Below the pieces are notes generated by a model. It was given only the letters and a program-made list of their open reading frames with translations, was not told where the DNA came from and did not search any database. Made by a program: the position numbers and the translations under genes. Positions 13,331-27,886 of a stretch of DNA of 64,000 nt are shown here, piece after piece. The DNA is from Lama glama (taxonomy: Eukaryota): contig CM052816.1 of NCBI GenBank assembly GCA_028534125.1, positions 9,984,001 to 10,048,000 on the forward strand, written 5' to 3'. Every line of letters starts with the position of its first letter. Position 1 is the first letter of the stretch.

Positions 13331-15913
13331 TTTATAGTCTGACAATGTATAGTTTTCAAGTCAATTCTGTATCCACTACCTCACTTGACATCAGAAAAAT
13401 CTTCTGATTTAAGTATTATTTTACCCTTATATGGTATAGATAAATTATATGTGGCTGGCATAGAGACTTTTACATTGTGAATTTAGTGCTAGGGTCTTCA
13501 TAGTTTAGAGGATAGTCACTATTTTCACGTGATTAATTTATGCTAATTTTTAAAGTCCTCCTCATTCTGCCCCATATGCCAAAGGCATGACCAAGTACCT
13601 CTTCTGGAATGTTGCCTCCACCCTCAACCATAGCTCCAGCTGTGAAAAACAAAAGCCACTAGACTCTTATATAACCTTCCTTGTTTATACCTGGTCTGTC
13701 AATCTGAGCTTTGGCTCTCATTCTGGTGGGCGTCCTACATCACGTCTGCCACTGGCCACAATTATCCATTCACACATTCAATAAGCATCCACTGAACACT
13801 CTTTGCATTTATTTAGCACTGTGCTAGTTATGGTTGTAGGCAAAGAGTATTTGAGGATAAATAAGGCATGGCCTGTGCTTGAGGAACCTGTAGCTTAATG
13901 AAGGTGTCAGAAATAAAATAATAACTTATGAGTCAGTGCAATACATACTTTAAACATATAGTGTGAGCCCTCAGCAGAAGTAATTATTTCTGCAGTGGAT
14001 TAGGTCAGGGATGTGATTACAATGTTTTTCTGAAGGATATAATATTTGAAGTTGAGTTGGTGGGGGTTGGATAGTCTATGCAAAACTAACAGGGTGATGG
14101 AATAAAGTAACAGTTTGGAGGTGTGCCTAGTAAGGTAGAAGGGGAAGTTGTGTGCTTAGAGAGCAGTGTGAAGTTATAATGCAAATAACAACATGTCTTA
14201 GACCCACACTGTGCTAGCTCTTTGTAGCATAACCACATTCATGCTATAAAAATTTTTATGAGGCTAACACTCTCATCTTCAGGTTGAAGGGGGAGAACTG
14301 AAGTTTGGAGAGTATTATCCACTTGCCAAATCACACTATAAGGAACTGGGAGGGTAGTATATATGTAATAATGAGAGTCCAAATACTAACCCTCTTCAGA
14401 GTGGACTGGAAATAAACAAGCAGTGTGAGCATTTCAGTACATGACAGGTAAGCACTAGTCTTGATGAAATCAGGAATGGAATCCAGGCCATCTGACTGCT
14501 GACCTTGTGTTCTAAGACTTCTTATTTTTTACCACGACTAAGATGAAGCTGGAACTGTCGGTTGAGAATAAAATATGAAGACCTTTATGTACACCCAGTT
14601 AAAGAGGCATGGAAATTATTAGAGACAGGAAATGACAGAGGATGTAAACATAATTATGTTTTAGAAAGACAAAAATGACCGCAACATTGAGGAGATGGGG
14701 GAGGCATACATCAGGAAGACTAGATTGCTATTGCAATAGTTAAGACAGTAGCCCAAATATGACATTTATTGTGGAAATAAAAAGAATTTGATAACTGTGA
14801 AGGATATTTGAGTGGAGAACTGATAAGACTTTGTGAGCAAATAGGTTCTATGGTGAAAAAAAGTTAAAGAAAATTTGCCTTGCGGGGGAATTGGATGGAC
14901 GGCAATGTGCTTATCTGAGACTGTACTAGGGAAACAAGAGTAGAGGAAAAACTATGAGCTCTAACCCTTAGTGATCTGTGACTTCTTACTCCCGTGTTCT
15001 GTTCCCTCTTCTCCTGCCCTCCCCCTCTTTATTATCTCTTCCTAGCATGGTCATTAATTAAAACATATTTCAAGATTCAGCCAGCTTGCTTTAATTTTTC
15101 ACTTCTAATATCAACACTCAAGAGTTTGAGGATTCATTCTTAGAAACCTGCTCTGCTCTTCCATGCCTCTGTGCCTTTGCAGATGCCATTCCTCCCACTT
15201 AATGTGCCTCCTCCATCCCCTGCTTGCATAGTGAACACCTACAAACCCACTTTTTGAGGCCACAAATGATAGCTCCGTGACTGCCTCCCCAGGCACTGTT
15301 ACCACTCCCCAATCATCTTCCCTAGGAATCTGTTCATACCTCCACTGGCATTTCTCATATTTAAATTTTAATTGTTTGGTTACACGCTTGCCTCCTCAAC
15401 AAAGGCGAGGTCCAGGACTGGTATTTCACATTTTCCTGTCCATGGTGCCTAGCAGAGCACCTGGCAAACAGTGCAAGCTCAAGAAATGTCCATTGAATAA
15501 GAAATTAATAAGTTGATGGATGGCTTGAGGATTGACTAAATTATAAGGTATGTGTAGAAAGGTGATTAGGGTGACAAAGACTACAGCCACTCCTTGGCGT
15601 ACGGATACACTGGGAGTAGGACCCCTTCCTGCAGCCACATGCATCCCTTCCAGGGCTGGCCTGAAACTTCAGGTAGAGTGATTCAAGAACAAGAGAGGAG
15701 CCAATGATTTTCTTATGAGGAATACAGGGGTGAAATATGCCCCAATGTGCTATTAAAGAGGAACTGGGGCTTTTCAGTAACTTCCACTTTCCATATATGA
15801 TTTTAACTTCTTACATACTACTTTTTAATCATTTCCTTGATGCCCCTCAGTCCTGTCCTTTACTGTCTGATCTGAGGTTTAATTAAGAAAACACTGATGA
15901 GGGCCTTTCCATG

Positions 15914-16105
15914 TAGGGTTGTCAGATTCAGCAAATGAAAGTAAAGATGTCCAGTTAAATTTAAATGTCAGCAAAACAGCAAAATTCCTTTTGGTAAAAT
16001 ACGTCCTATGAAATATTTGGGACATACTTAAGCTAAAAAAAATTACTCACTGTTTATCTGAAATTCAAATTTAATGAGGCATCTTGTATTTAATTCTGTA
16101 GCCCT
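15914..16105. mobile_element. MER53-like hAT MITE (palindromic)
   Basis: Ends 'tagggttgtcaga' ... 'tctgtagcccta'; internal inverted arms 'cagttaaatttaaatgtcag' / 'ctgaaattcaaatttaatg'. Confidence 0.75.
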
Positions 16106-19100
16106 ATTTTCCAGTTCACTTCCTGCCAAGGATTAAGAGGGCCCTCTGTACCCAGTACCTTTGATACATCAAACTGAGCTAAAACAGAGGTGAATGATGT
16201 GGGTCAATAGGAAATTTACAGACTAGTGGGGAAAACAGAGCAGACACAGATGAATTTGCACAAACAGGCTGGTGACTGTAGAGTTCCTTGCTTGACCCGG
16301 CTTTCTTACCAGTAGTAGCACTGAGCACTCACAAGTGCAACATGATATGGTAGTTAACAGCATAAACTTTCAAGTCACGTATCCTTGAGCTCAGCGCCTT
16401 GCTGTGGCTCATACATGATTTGTGAGGCAAGGCAAATTACTTCTCCGAACTTGAATTACCTTATATAAAATTAGAATAATAATGGCACCCTCCCAAAAGC
16501 TTTGTTGGTATGCTTCATCTAGGTTGACACTTGGCCAGAGTTAACAACATTAGCCTGCTACTACTATTACTATTATTACCATCCCTAATGCTGCTTGCAC
16601 GGCCATCACTCCCTCCTCTGGGACAATCCAAGGCAGAACGGGACAGAATAGAGTAGAATAGAAATAACAAGTCCACCATTTATTTTTCGCTTAGTATGTT
16701 CAAGATACTCTGCTGTTTGCATGTTTTTTTTTATCCAATCCTCATAACAACCCTGAGAGATATTATTTTTCTTATTTTGTAGACACTGGATCCAAAGCAT
16801 AAAGAAATTAGGAACTATTTCTAAGACACACAGACACACAACTTGCAAGTGGTGATCTGAAACTCAAACCCAGTTCTGTCTAATCCCAAAGCTCATGCTT
16901 TTAACCACTAACACACATCAAAATCTCTCTATGAGATTTCCAACCCAGACTGCAATTATTTCCTACCCTACAAAAGAACTCTGATGACTTTGTTATGCAC
17001 GGAAATGTTCATAGAAATTAAAGCATGCCATATTTCTTTTATTCCCATATCTTCTTGCCTTATTAGAACAGCATCCTGGAAGAAGGTCCTCATTTCCTCC
17101 TCCCAGCTTGGGTAAAACTGTCTCTCACAATCTCAGTTCCTCCTCTACCTAAAGTCAAATTCATTTGCTTATGCCAATGGAGGGTAAGTCACAACTTCTT
17201 AACTTCTTTTAATATGGCACACATTCAAGATTCTTTACAGTTCATCAGGCATTTTATCTATCTCCTATACCCTTAAGATAGTACAGATAAATAGGCATGA
17301 AATTATGTCCCAATTTTACAGAGGAGGAATCTGAGACTTAGTGTGGTATCAGTCATTTGTCAGAGTCACACAGATAATTACTGATAGGACTATCGCATGA
17401 GTCCACACTTCTCTTCTCAAAATTATTAATTCATTAATTGACACGTATCTTCTATGTGTCAGGCATTATCCTAGAACCCAGAGCTGTCTCAGTGAACAAC
17501 ATAGACCAGATTTTAATATTTCTTGGGGAGAGAGACACTAATCAAACAAAAAATAATATTTAAGTGCTCAGAAGGAAGAGTAAAGAGTATCAAAGATTCT
17601 AATAAAGGGATCTGAATCAGATTCAAAGGTCACAGAAGTTTGCAACAAAAAAAAAAAAAAAGAGAGAGAGACAGATATGATAGCTGAAACCTGAAGCTAA
17701 AAGGAATTAACCCAGGGAAGAGAAGTGACAAGCACACAGCAGAGAACTCTGAGTGTCAGGCCTGGAGGGTATTTCATCGGCCACACAATGAGTCAGCGGG
17801 ACACAGAAGCCAGCTCTCCTGACTCTCGGGATGGGGCGAGCTCCCCCCACTGCAGACCTCTGAAGTCAGCTGATTCAGGAGTTGTCTGCATGCCCCGTTT
17901 AGCTGATGTCCTTGAGAAGCCAGCAGGCCTCTCTCCTCGGTTGTAATATCCAGCCTCTGCTTGCCACAACAGTGTTCTGGTGGTGAGTTAGAAAAACATG
18001 CCCCCATCTGGGCTGATTAAGCCGTGAGGGCTCAAAGCTTATGCAAAGGAAAAGGTATCATCACCCCTTCCCAGGCAAATACAGCCCCGTCAGGGTCCAT
18101 GGGATGTCTAATAGAGGCCACCTGAATGTCATGTCCCCCCGAGCCCCTGGGACAACACAGCACTCAGTCCTAAGCAGAGACCCTGATGGCGTAAATCCAA
18201 CTTGCTGAAATCTCCCTCCTGTGAACACTGTCTTCAGACCACAACTCTTTGTATAGGGGAGACGGGACCAGAGTCTTCCTGAGAGGATAGGCTGGGAGGC
18301 CTGGAAGTGTCCATGCAGAGCTGCCTGATGGCTTTCAAGAACAGTTTGGTGCCTTGTAAAGAGTACTAAACCAGAAGTAAGATGGCCATGTCCCAGCCTT
18401 GGTCTGTGACACTAGATAAGCCTCCTTTTTCTGTACCTCAGTGACTCTCACCATTTATTAAAAGGGCCCTCTGACACTCACAATGTGTAAGTTTTAGTCA
18501 GTCTGTCAGTTTAAAGAGCACCCCCAAGTCCTCACCGCAGGTGAGGTTTTATTGCAGCATTCCTCAGGGTAGCCAGTATCATCTAGACTTGAACCAAATT
18601 TTATCCGCCTGAATGTTTACATCCAAAAGGAAGGGTATTTTTTACCTGAGATACAGAACAGTGTCTCAAACCCAATATTCCTTTTCACTGAGTGCAATCA
18701 TTTAAAGATTCTTCTTTTCTCTTTAAGTTTACTATATGCCTTGAGTAATAGATATTCAACTCTGAAAAAGATATTCTTGCCCTCCAGGAGCCTACAGCCG
18801 ATGGGAGGAGATATTTAAACAGGTCCACATCAGGTGCATGAGAAGAACAGCGAGCTCTGCCTGGAAGAACTAGAACCACCTTCCCGAGGAAGTGAAGTCA
18901 CAGCGGAGACCAGTGCCAGCACTCGACAAGGCTCCTTGAGAATTCAGAAGTGACTGAAATATTCTGCCCTTAAGAGATCTACAGACTAAAGGAGAAGAGA
19001 GCTATTAAAGCAGTGAGTTCCCACACAACCGATCAAGGGTGATACACGGCAGATGACGGAGCAGCGATCTGCAGCGGGGTGGAATGGTCCTGATGGAGAC

Positions 19101-19572
19101 TTTGCAGAGAGGGGGGCCTTTGAACCTGAGCCTGAGGAATAAGCAGGAATGTGCCCAGGGGAGATCATGGTGAGGACATCCCTGAGAAAATAAGGGGCAG
19201 GAGCCAAGGCGTGGGAGTGTGAATGGGTATGTCCACATGGGGACAAGTAACTAGCTCAGAGCACAGGAAGAAGCAGAGTGCACAGGGAGGGGAGCGGGCG
19301 CACCTCGCCAGTCTGATTTGTTGCTTGCTGCTTGGCACTGAGTAGCAATTCTGCCTGATGCCCACCTATCTAATTGTCAACGCTGGTGGTGGAACGAACT
19401 CCAAAAGAATTATGCCAGTGCCATTCATAAACACACATAAGAAAAAATAAGAGGGCTTTTCTTTCCCTAGCTGAAAAGCTCTTGGTTTGAAAGACAGGGC
19501 AGGGCTCACTAGGAGAGATCCAAGAACGGGCTGTACTGATATCTTACGCAACAACCTGAATTCCACAGCAGA

Positions 19573-19601
19573 TGATGTCACCTATAAATGCCCTATAAAT
19601 G
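19573..19601 (+). promoter_or_regulatory. C5orf46: C5orf46 core promoter: CRE-like TGATGTCA plus two tandem TATAAA boxes
   Basis: tgatgtca at 19573-19580; tataaa at 19583-19588 and 19594-19599, 60-80 bp upstream of the ATG. Confidence 0.7.
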
Positions 19602-19660
19602 GAGCAAGGCTTCAGGTGCATCTGAACAACTTATCTGCATTGATACCCAGTGCTACAAAC

Positions 19661-19730
19661 ATGGCTGTCTCAGTGCTTCGGCTGACAACTGTCTTGGGAC
19701 TGCTTGCCTTACTCCTGATTTGCCAGGCTG
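19661..19730 (+). CDS. C5orf46: C5orf46 coding exon 1 (signal peptide [23 protein letters not shown])
   Basis: Kozak aacATGg; matches human [23 protein letters not shown]; phase-1 donor GTGAGT at 19731. Confidence 0.96.
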
Positions 19731-22353
19731 GTGAGTACTTCTGATTGACCGCTGCTCATGCACTGTGTTAGCCATGATTGGAGGAGGTTGGCGTCACTTA
19801 TCCTGAATATAAGTGGAGAGTCATGGGGAGAGAAGGAGGGAGACTTTAGGCACTGCAGAAAGAGCACTGGATGGGAGACAAGAGGCAGATCTTCTAGCAA
19901 AAAGAAAGCAGGATTTTTACTTAAATGTGCCTCAGTTACAGCCTCTATACTCAGTGAATGTATGAAGATTTAGAATGATTTTTTTTCTTATATCTTATAT
20001 TTTATATATTATATATATATATATATCTTATATATTATCTTTCTTACATCTTCATGTGATACAGTGACACTAGTGTATTATAAATTCCTTGAGAGCTGAG
20101 GGTGTTTATTTTTTGATGATTATAACTAATAATATTCAAAGGTGTGAAGTCTGGAATAAGACTCCAGGCCAGGCTCCACCACTCAGAAATGTGACTTCAG
20201 GCATGTTATTTAAGCTCTATGAGCCTCACACTTAAAGCAGAATATCGATAGTTCACTTTCTTACTTAGCTGTCACGAAAGTTAAATAAAACAGACCGAAC
20301 ATATTGGAAAAGTATCTGGTCCATAATAGGCAACCAATAAGTGTTGACTGCTACTGTTCTCATATATTATCTCATTTGATTCTCATAATACTCTTAAGCA
20401 AACATGCACAGTTTTATCACCTCCCTTTCTGCAGGTAAGTAAACGAAGCTTGCAGAGGGGAAGTTACCCAAGCACAGACACAGGTAGAGGCGGCCCACCT
20501 GAGACTGGAACCTAAGTCCTTCAATTCCTTCTATCATAAAGCACCTACTTCTTTCATGTCTGTTCAAGCACACAGAGGACCACGAGGCAGCATGCAGAAT
20601 TCTCATTAATTTTTGGTCTGCAGAAGACAGTGAGCTCTTAACTTGTCTCCATTCAGAAGGATGGTCAGAAAACACCGACAGTGCCAACATTTAGTAACAG
20701 AGCCTTTTGAGCTGTTCTAAATGTAACTTGGCAGAACTCACACCCTCAGCCACCCACTGTCCGCCTGCACAACACACAGGCAGACACGCCAGCAGAGCGA
20801 CTGCAGGGATGGCCTCAGAGATGACTGGGTTCATCTGCTCCTAAAGCAATCACCACGGTAAAGTGAAAGGTGACCTTTATATCCTAGAGAACGGTCCCAG
20901 CTCTGTCATGAACTCTGAAACTGGGTAAATCAGTTCACTGCTTTGACCCTCAGTCTCTTCATCTGTAAAACTGTATACATATCAACTTCACCAGGTCAAA
21001 TCCACGTGCTTTTGTCATCACTTTGTCAACTATAAAACCCGTATCAATATCAGCATTTTTGTATTTTTCACAACTCTGTGTTTACTAAGAAACTCAATCA
21101 GGTAGTGAACGTAAATAACGGCAACCCCATATTATACTTGAAAGGAGGAAAAATTCAATCACTGGCTTTGATCATTTGTTTCCTGTTATGTCCAGTTTCT
21201 TGATTTTTATTATATTTTTCAACATTTTCAAGTTTCTTAATATTTTAACAGCATTGAAAAATTTTCCTAATTTCTTTAAGCACTAGAGGAGAAAGCTACT
21301 GTGAATCATTTCATTGCTATTACTATTGGTAACAGTACCAAGAATACAGTGAGCATTTACTGTTGGCTTACCTTAGGCCTAGTACTGCAATATGTGGTCT
21401 ATATAATAAAGACATGTAGATCTATGTATATGCATATATGTACATGTGTACGATCTATATCACAGACATATAAAGAATCTTTCAATCTTGACAATAACAC
21501 AATGAGGAAACAGAGACAGAGGGGTTAAGTACTGTTTACAAGGTCACATGGTGAAGTTTTGTTGAAGACAAGAATCAAACTCATGTATACAAGACTCCAA
21601 AACACGCCCCATTACACTCTTATACCTCTCATTACAGATGCAATCCAAGGGCTGGATCTCACCTCCGACATACACCATCCAGGGCTCCTCGCATTATCGC
21701 AAAGTTAGCATTTAATTAAACTTAAATTAAAATTAAAATTTGATAAGGTTAAATTGTTATGCAAGTAGGTAGATAGGAACACAGAAAAAAAGGAACTCAC
21801 TTTTCATGCAACGAATTCCTGGTCTGCACCTGGTAAATGTTTTCAGGGACAGTTGCTTGAAGGCCATATTCTATCATGTAAATAATGTGCTCTGTGAAGT
21901 TAAAAAAAAAAAATTAGGTTCAAACCCTAGCTCAGCCACTTTCTAGATGTGAGATTTTAGGTGAGTCCTTTACTTTCTCTGAGCCTCTGTTTTCTTGCCT
22001 GTAAAGCTGTAATACCATCACTCAGCTGAATAAGGATTAGACATGTGATGCAAGCACATCCCAGGACCTGTGCATCACAGATTGCTTTCTCTTTCCTTCC
22101 CCTCCCTGTAATGAAAACAAAGCAGTTCTGGTCACTGTGGCTGCTCTGTGCTTCATGTGAGGGTCATATCGTACATTACCATTGCTGCCTTAACTTTTAG
22201 CATATGCTGTGTGCAGAATACACACGTGGAAAACCAACAGCTGAATGAACAAATACTGGTGGTTAGAATATTGATCCTGGTTATAGGTCTCAGACTGGTG
22301 GTGCTCCTACCACAGCTTTTCTTGTGGCATATATGTTTGCAGATATGAAAGCC

Positions 22354-22387
<34 letters not shown>

Positions 22388-22539
22388 TTTTTTTTTACCA
22401 AGAGTTTCTATTTTAGGATATAATATACATGCAAGTCTTCTAACTAACTTGACAGCCTCTACACCAAAAGCTAGTTACATCTCCTGCATTCAGTCACAGG
22501 GTACACTGTCTAAAAATTGGGACTCCTTGTGTCAAAATT

Positions 22540-22732
22540 TGCAGTAGGATTAATGGATAAAACACAAAGCATCCAGTTAAAATTGAAGTTCAGATAAACA
22601 AATAATTTTTTAGTGCAAATACATCCTAAATATTTCACAGGTCACTCTTATACTAAAAAAGTATTGTTGTTTATCTGAAATTCACTTTAACTGGGCATCC
22701 TGTGTTTTTATTTGCCAAACCTGCCAACACTA
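22540..22732. mobile_element. MER53-like palindromic MITE in C5orf46 intron 1
   Basis: Inverted arms 'ccagttaaaattgaagttcagataaaca' / 'tgtttatctgaaattcactttaactgg'. Confidence 0.75.
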
Positions 22733-23773
22733 CTTGCAAGGCTGTGATAAAACTAAAAGCTAAAGGTCCTACTTCATCCTGGCACCAGGGTCCAGAGGAG
22801 AGCCCACCTGCTCACTGCCCATCTCCCATTCTCTTAATCTTCTGAACCGGTAAGACCACTAAGCAAAGCCAGAACCCACCAAGGGACCTCACACGTCACC
22901 AACTGCACCCTCCGGCTCCTTGGCCTCATTTCAAAAGGCACTTGATGAAATGTCAAAAGTACAAGACCTGCAGTTACAATCCCATCCTGTGTGGCAATTT
23001 GTGAGATTCCCTGAAAGTTACTTAATCTTCTCAGTATCTCAGTCCCATGAGATCAAATCTGCATCCTCCACAAGATCGGTCAAGCAGAAAATTGTGCAAA
23101 TGTAAAATCATTTATAGAACTGTCAGATGATGTACAAGTGATAGAATTTCTCCTCCTTCTCATTATCGGTATACCACTTTCAACCTTACAGCACACTTGT
23201 GGTTAGCTCATAACTTTTCTGTCAAACACAAACACTATGCAGTTCATCACAGAATGCTTAAGAATCCAGATTTTAATACCGAACAGACATGGGACTGAAA
23301 TTCTGATTCTGCCACTTGCCAACTCTGGGACTCTGAGCAGCTTCCAAACCTCTCTCAACTTCCCTTCTTTACCTTTAACTTGGGATAACCGTAACCCCTC
23401 CCTCATAGGGTCGCTGTGGGAATAAAATGAGATAATGCATGCAGATTGCCTGTCCCAGGAATGTGCTCAGCAAATGTGACCTATTATCATACCCTCATTA
23501 TTATTATTAGCACGGGCCCAGGGATTACATGAGAAAAATATATTAAAACCAGACAATCTGTTTTTTAATCCCGGCCCTGGTATTTACCAGCTGCTTAACT
23601 CCAAACAAGTTACTTAACTTTCATGAACTTCAGTTTTCTCATCTGGAAAGAGAACCAACATGTACCTAAGCATCATTATCTGTCGGTCTGTTTGGTTTTA
23701 GGAGTAAACGACATACTGCATGTGAGATGCTAACCAGGCAGGCATTAAACGTGGGATAAATATGACCAGATGA

Positions 23774-24037
<264 letters not shown>

Positions 24038-26494
24038 TAAGCACTGAGACAAACCTTGCTTTTGTCCAGGTTGCTTTTGGTAATGACCACATTGCATTAA
24101 AATGGATGGGAAACGAAACTGCATGCATGCCAATGCGTTGTTTTCATTGAAAAGCGTTAACCTGCCTTAAGATATATTTGCAACTGAATGAATTTCCCTG
24201 AAGTCTTTTTGGGGTGAGCACATTTCCCAAGGAATTCATGGAACAAGGGGTTCCATAAAGTATTTTTTATTTCAGGACCAGGTAGGGAGAGGGAAGAACA
24301 CCGGGCCAGGGAACAGAAAGCCGGGTTGTGGTCTTAACACAGGTGTTACTTACTTGTGATCTAGGCTTACGCTCTCCCTCGCTGAGTGCCTCAGTTTGCT
24401 CACTTGTAAAGTTAAAGGAATAAAGGACCCCCCCCCCTCAGCCCCAGTGCAGACACTGTAACTCACTGGTGACGATGGTGGCGAGCGAGGTGCTCACAAG
24501 TCAGAGGTGGCATGAGTCCTGCCTTTATTTTCTATCTTGAGTAACCAAGCGGGTGAGCAGAGACGGTAGCTAATCTCTCCTCTGAAACCATCTAGGGGAC
24601 CTCTCTTAGGAGGGTTGGCTCTGATCACAAGGGATTGCCTTAATAGCAATTCGCACAGCCCAGAATCTTCCCACTATTTTCAAACCGCTTCCTTGCTCCG
24701 GTACCCAGTACCTCCCACCCAAGTGTACACAGCTCCGACTTTCACTTCTACTTTACCCTGTACTTCATTCTCCTGACATTAATCTCCCCAGTTTCAGCTC
24801 TCCAAGGTCTAATTCGTTCTTCTGAATTTCTAGGCACTTTCAATCTCCAGCTCTGTGAGCCTCCACTCTCTAGTTCTCTCCTCCATAGCCCTCTAAGCAG
24901 AGTTTGACAAAATGTGGTCTCTTACTCACCAGCTCCAGAATCACCAGGAAAACTTATACAAAATGCAGGTCTCTTCCTTCCATCTTGCTCCTTCCTGGGG
25001 AAGGCTACGAATGTGCGTTTCAACAAGCTTTCAGGTGATTTTTATATAAAATTTTGAAAGCCCTTGATTAGATGCTCTGGGCTATACAGCTGGGCCTTAA
25101 AGGTACACAGAGCCTCTAAATTTGTAACCATATTTTGTGTAGATGTGAATCTTTGTAGTTTTCTAGGGAAAGTGCTTCTGACTTTATAAGATTCTCAAAG
25201 AGGTCTATGGCTAATAACAGATTAAAAGCCACTTCTATATAGAAGTAATCAGGAGTCATTTTGTAATCTTTCATCTGCTTAAGTCAATATATTACTATCA
25301 GGTGCGTGAGCAGGATTCTGCAGGGTGAATATAACTATATCCTGGCCACCAGGATGTAGTAAATATCCAATTCCTGGTTATTCTCTATCACTTAACTGTG
25401 TCAAAATGTGTCTATTATTAGTGTCACTGCTTCTGTCTCTCCCCACTCCAGTCCATCCTCTACCTACTACCAAAGTTATATAACAAAACAAATTTAGTCC
25501 TATCACTACCATGCTTGAAACCCTTTCAGTGAATTTCCATTGCCAACAAAATCAGAGCAAATGCATTCAGCTGATGTCAAAGGTCCTCCCTGATGCCAAT
25601 ATGTCTTTCAATGATGTCTCTTACTTCTGAAGCCAAACACCTGACACCTCAACGTCAAGTAATTTCTGTTTCAGAGCAGATCATGTTTGTTTAAACTTCC
25701 AATATCTTTTCTCTCTGCCATCAGTGCCTGACCCCCAAACCCCAACTTCATTCTGTTCACCTGCTAAATCTAATAATTTTCTAAAGGCCAATCCAAAGAC
25801 CAGCTCTGTGAAGACATCATAGACCCCTACAATCAGAAAATTCAAGTATTTACTGGGATTTCATAATGCTTTGTAGGATCCTTCATGATGTCTTCTCTTC
25901 CCTCATTGTTTTATTTACTTCTATCTGAATGCATATGTTTTCCCCACTGGACTAGAACCTCCTCACAGACCACATTTTAGTCAGCTTTTACCTTCTCAAC
26001 AGCTGCCCAACACCCAATCCTTGAACAGTACAGTACAGTGGGCTCTGGCATTAATTCATGATTCTGGAGACCTAAGTTTTAGATTTTGCTTTGCAATTTT
26101 CCAGCCATGTGACTTGGACAAGTTATTTCATCTCTTTGAGCTTCAGAGGATTTTTTCATATGCAAAAGATTAAAAGTTATTCATTTATCCATTCAACAAA
26201 TATTTATTAGTTCATACTCTATGCCAGGCACTGTTCTAGGTGCTGGGATATACTGTGGAACAAACATATCAAAATATCTGTCTTTATAGAGTTTATATCT
26301 GAGCAGGCACCAAACTAATAGATTTGTTGGCAGAATTAAAACATTATAGAAATCTTGCATCTTACTACTTTATGACACAGGAAAATCTAGAGAAGAAAAG
26401 TAGTGCTCAAATATTATAAGATGCCCTAGTGATCATTCTAACATTACTGTTCAATCTAAATCGTATTTCATTATTTCTCTGCTTTTTTCCCAAG

Positions 26495-26543
26495 AGATTA
26501 TATGGACTTTGGTGATAAGCGAGAAGAACATTCAGCAAAGTGA
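26495..26543 (+). CDS. C5orf46: C5orf46 coding exon 3 (TDYMDFGDKREEHSAK*); exon continues to donor GT at 26553
   Basis: Polypyrimidine tract plus caAG acceptor; phase 2 joins AC+A = Thr; TGA at 26541-26543; similar to human TGFMEFDDNEGKHSSK*; total CDS 70+148+49 = 267 nt (88 aa). Confidence 0.92.
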
Positions 26544-26749
26544 CTTCCCCAGGTGATTTTAACTTTAACATTTACCACCAAAAGAAGAGTACTGAACAAA
26601 GGAAAAGGGTTTGATTTATTTAATGAGTATGGGCACCCATATCTACCCATAAGCAGAAAAGGCTTATTTTTTTGTTTTTGTTTTTGCTTTGTTCTTTTTT
26701 TTGCAGTCATTTTTTTTGAGGTCATTAAAAAAATTTAATATGATTTTAT

Positions 26750-27386
26750 TTATTTTTTTTACATTTTTTATTGATTTATAACCATTTTACAATGTTGTGT
26801 CAAATTCCAGTGTTCAGCACAATTTTTCAGTCATTCCTGGACATATACACACTCATTGTCACATTTTTTTCTCTGTGAGTTATCATAACATTTTGTGTAT
26901 ATTTCCCTGTGCTATACAGTATAATCTTGTTTATCTATTCTACAATTTTGAAATCCCAGTCTATCCCTTCCCACCCTCCACACCCGTGGCAACCACAAGT
27001 CTGTATTCTCTGTCTATGAGTCTATTTCTGTCCTATATTTATGCTTTGTTTTTGTTTGTTTGTTTGTTTTTGCTTTTGTTCTTTAGATTCCACATATGAG
27101 CAATCTCATATGGTATTTCTGCACAGCAAAGGAAACCAGAAGTAAAACAAAAAGACAACCTACGGAATGGGAGAAAATTTTTGCAAATGAAACCAACAAA
27201 GACTTGATCTCCAGAATATATAAGCAGCTCATACGACTCAATTAGAAAAAAATAAACAACCCAATCCAAAAATGGGCAGAAGACCTAAACAAGCAATTCT
27301 CCAAGGAAGACATACAAATGATCAAAAGGCACATGAAAAAATGCTCAATATCACTAATTATCAGAGAAATGCAAATCAAAACTACA
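26750..27386. mobile_element. Young lineage-specific L1 with 5' inversion (minus-strand 3' end ~26750-27120; plus-strand ORF2 piece ~27117-27386)
   Basis: The 3' end is the reverse complement of the copies at 47864, 58838 and 59544; orientation flips at 'ggtatttct|gcacagcaaagg' into ORF2 ([21 protein letters not shown]). Confidence 0.9.
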
Positions 27387-27886
27387 NNNNNNNNNNNNNN
27401 NNNNNNNNNNNNNNNNNNNNNNNNNNNNNNNNNNNNNNNNNNNNNNNNNNNNNNNNNNNNNNNNNNNNNNNNNNNNNNNNNNNNNNNNNNNNNNNNNNNN
27501 NNNNNNNNNNNNNNNNNNNNNNNNNNNNNNNNNNNNNNNNNNNNNNNNNNNNNNNNNNNNNNNNNNNNNNNNNNNNNNNNNNNNNNNNNNNNNNNNNNNN
27601 NNNNNNNNNNNNNNNNNNNNNNNNNNNNNNNNNNNNNNNNNNNNNNNNNNNNNNNNNNNNNNNNNNNNNNNNNNNNNNNNNNNNNNNNNNNNNNNNNNNN
27701 NNNNNNNNNNNNNNNNNNNNNNNNNNNNNNNNNNNNNNNNNNNNNNNNNNNNNNNNNNNNNNNNNNNNNNNNNNNNNNNNNNNNNNNNNNNNNNNNNNNN
27801 NNNNNNNNNNNNNNNNNNNNNNNNNNNNNNNNNNNNNNNNNNNNNNNNNNNNNNNNNNNNNNNNNNNNNNNNNNNNNNNNNNNNNN
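27387..27886. other. Assembly gap (500 N)
   Basis: Run of N. Confidence 1.

Noticed and set aside
19487..19660. N-terminal extension of C5orf46 suggested by the ORF track
   Set aside because: Begins at TTG upstream of the TATA boxes; the conserved ATG is at 19661
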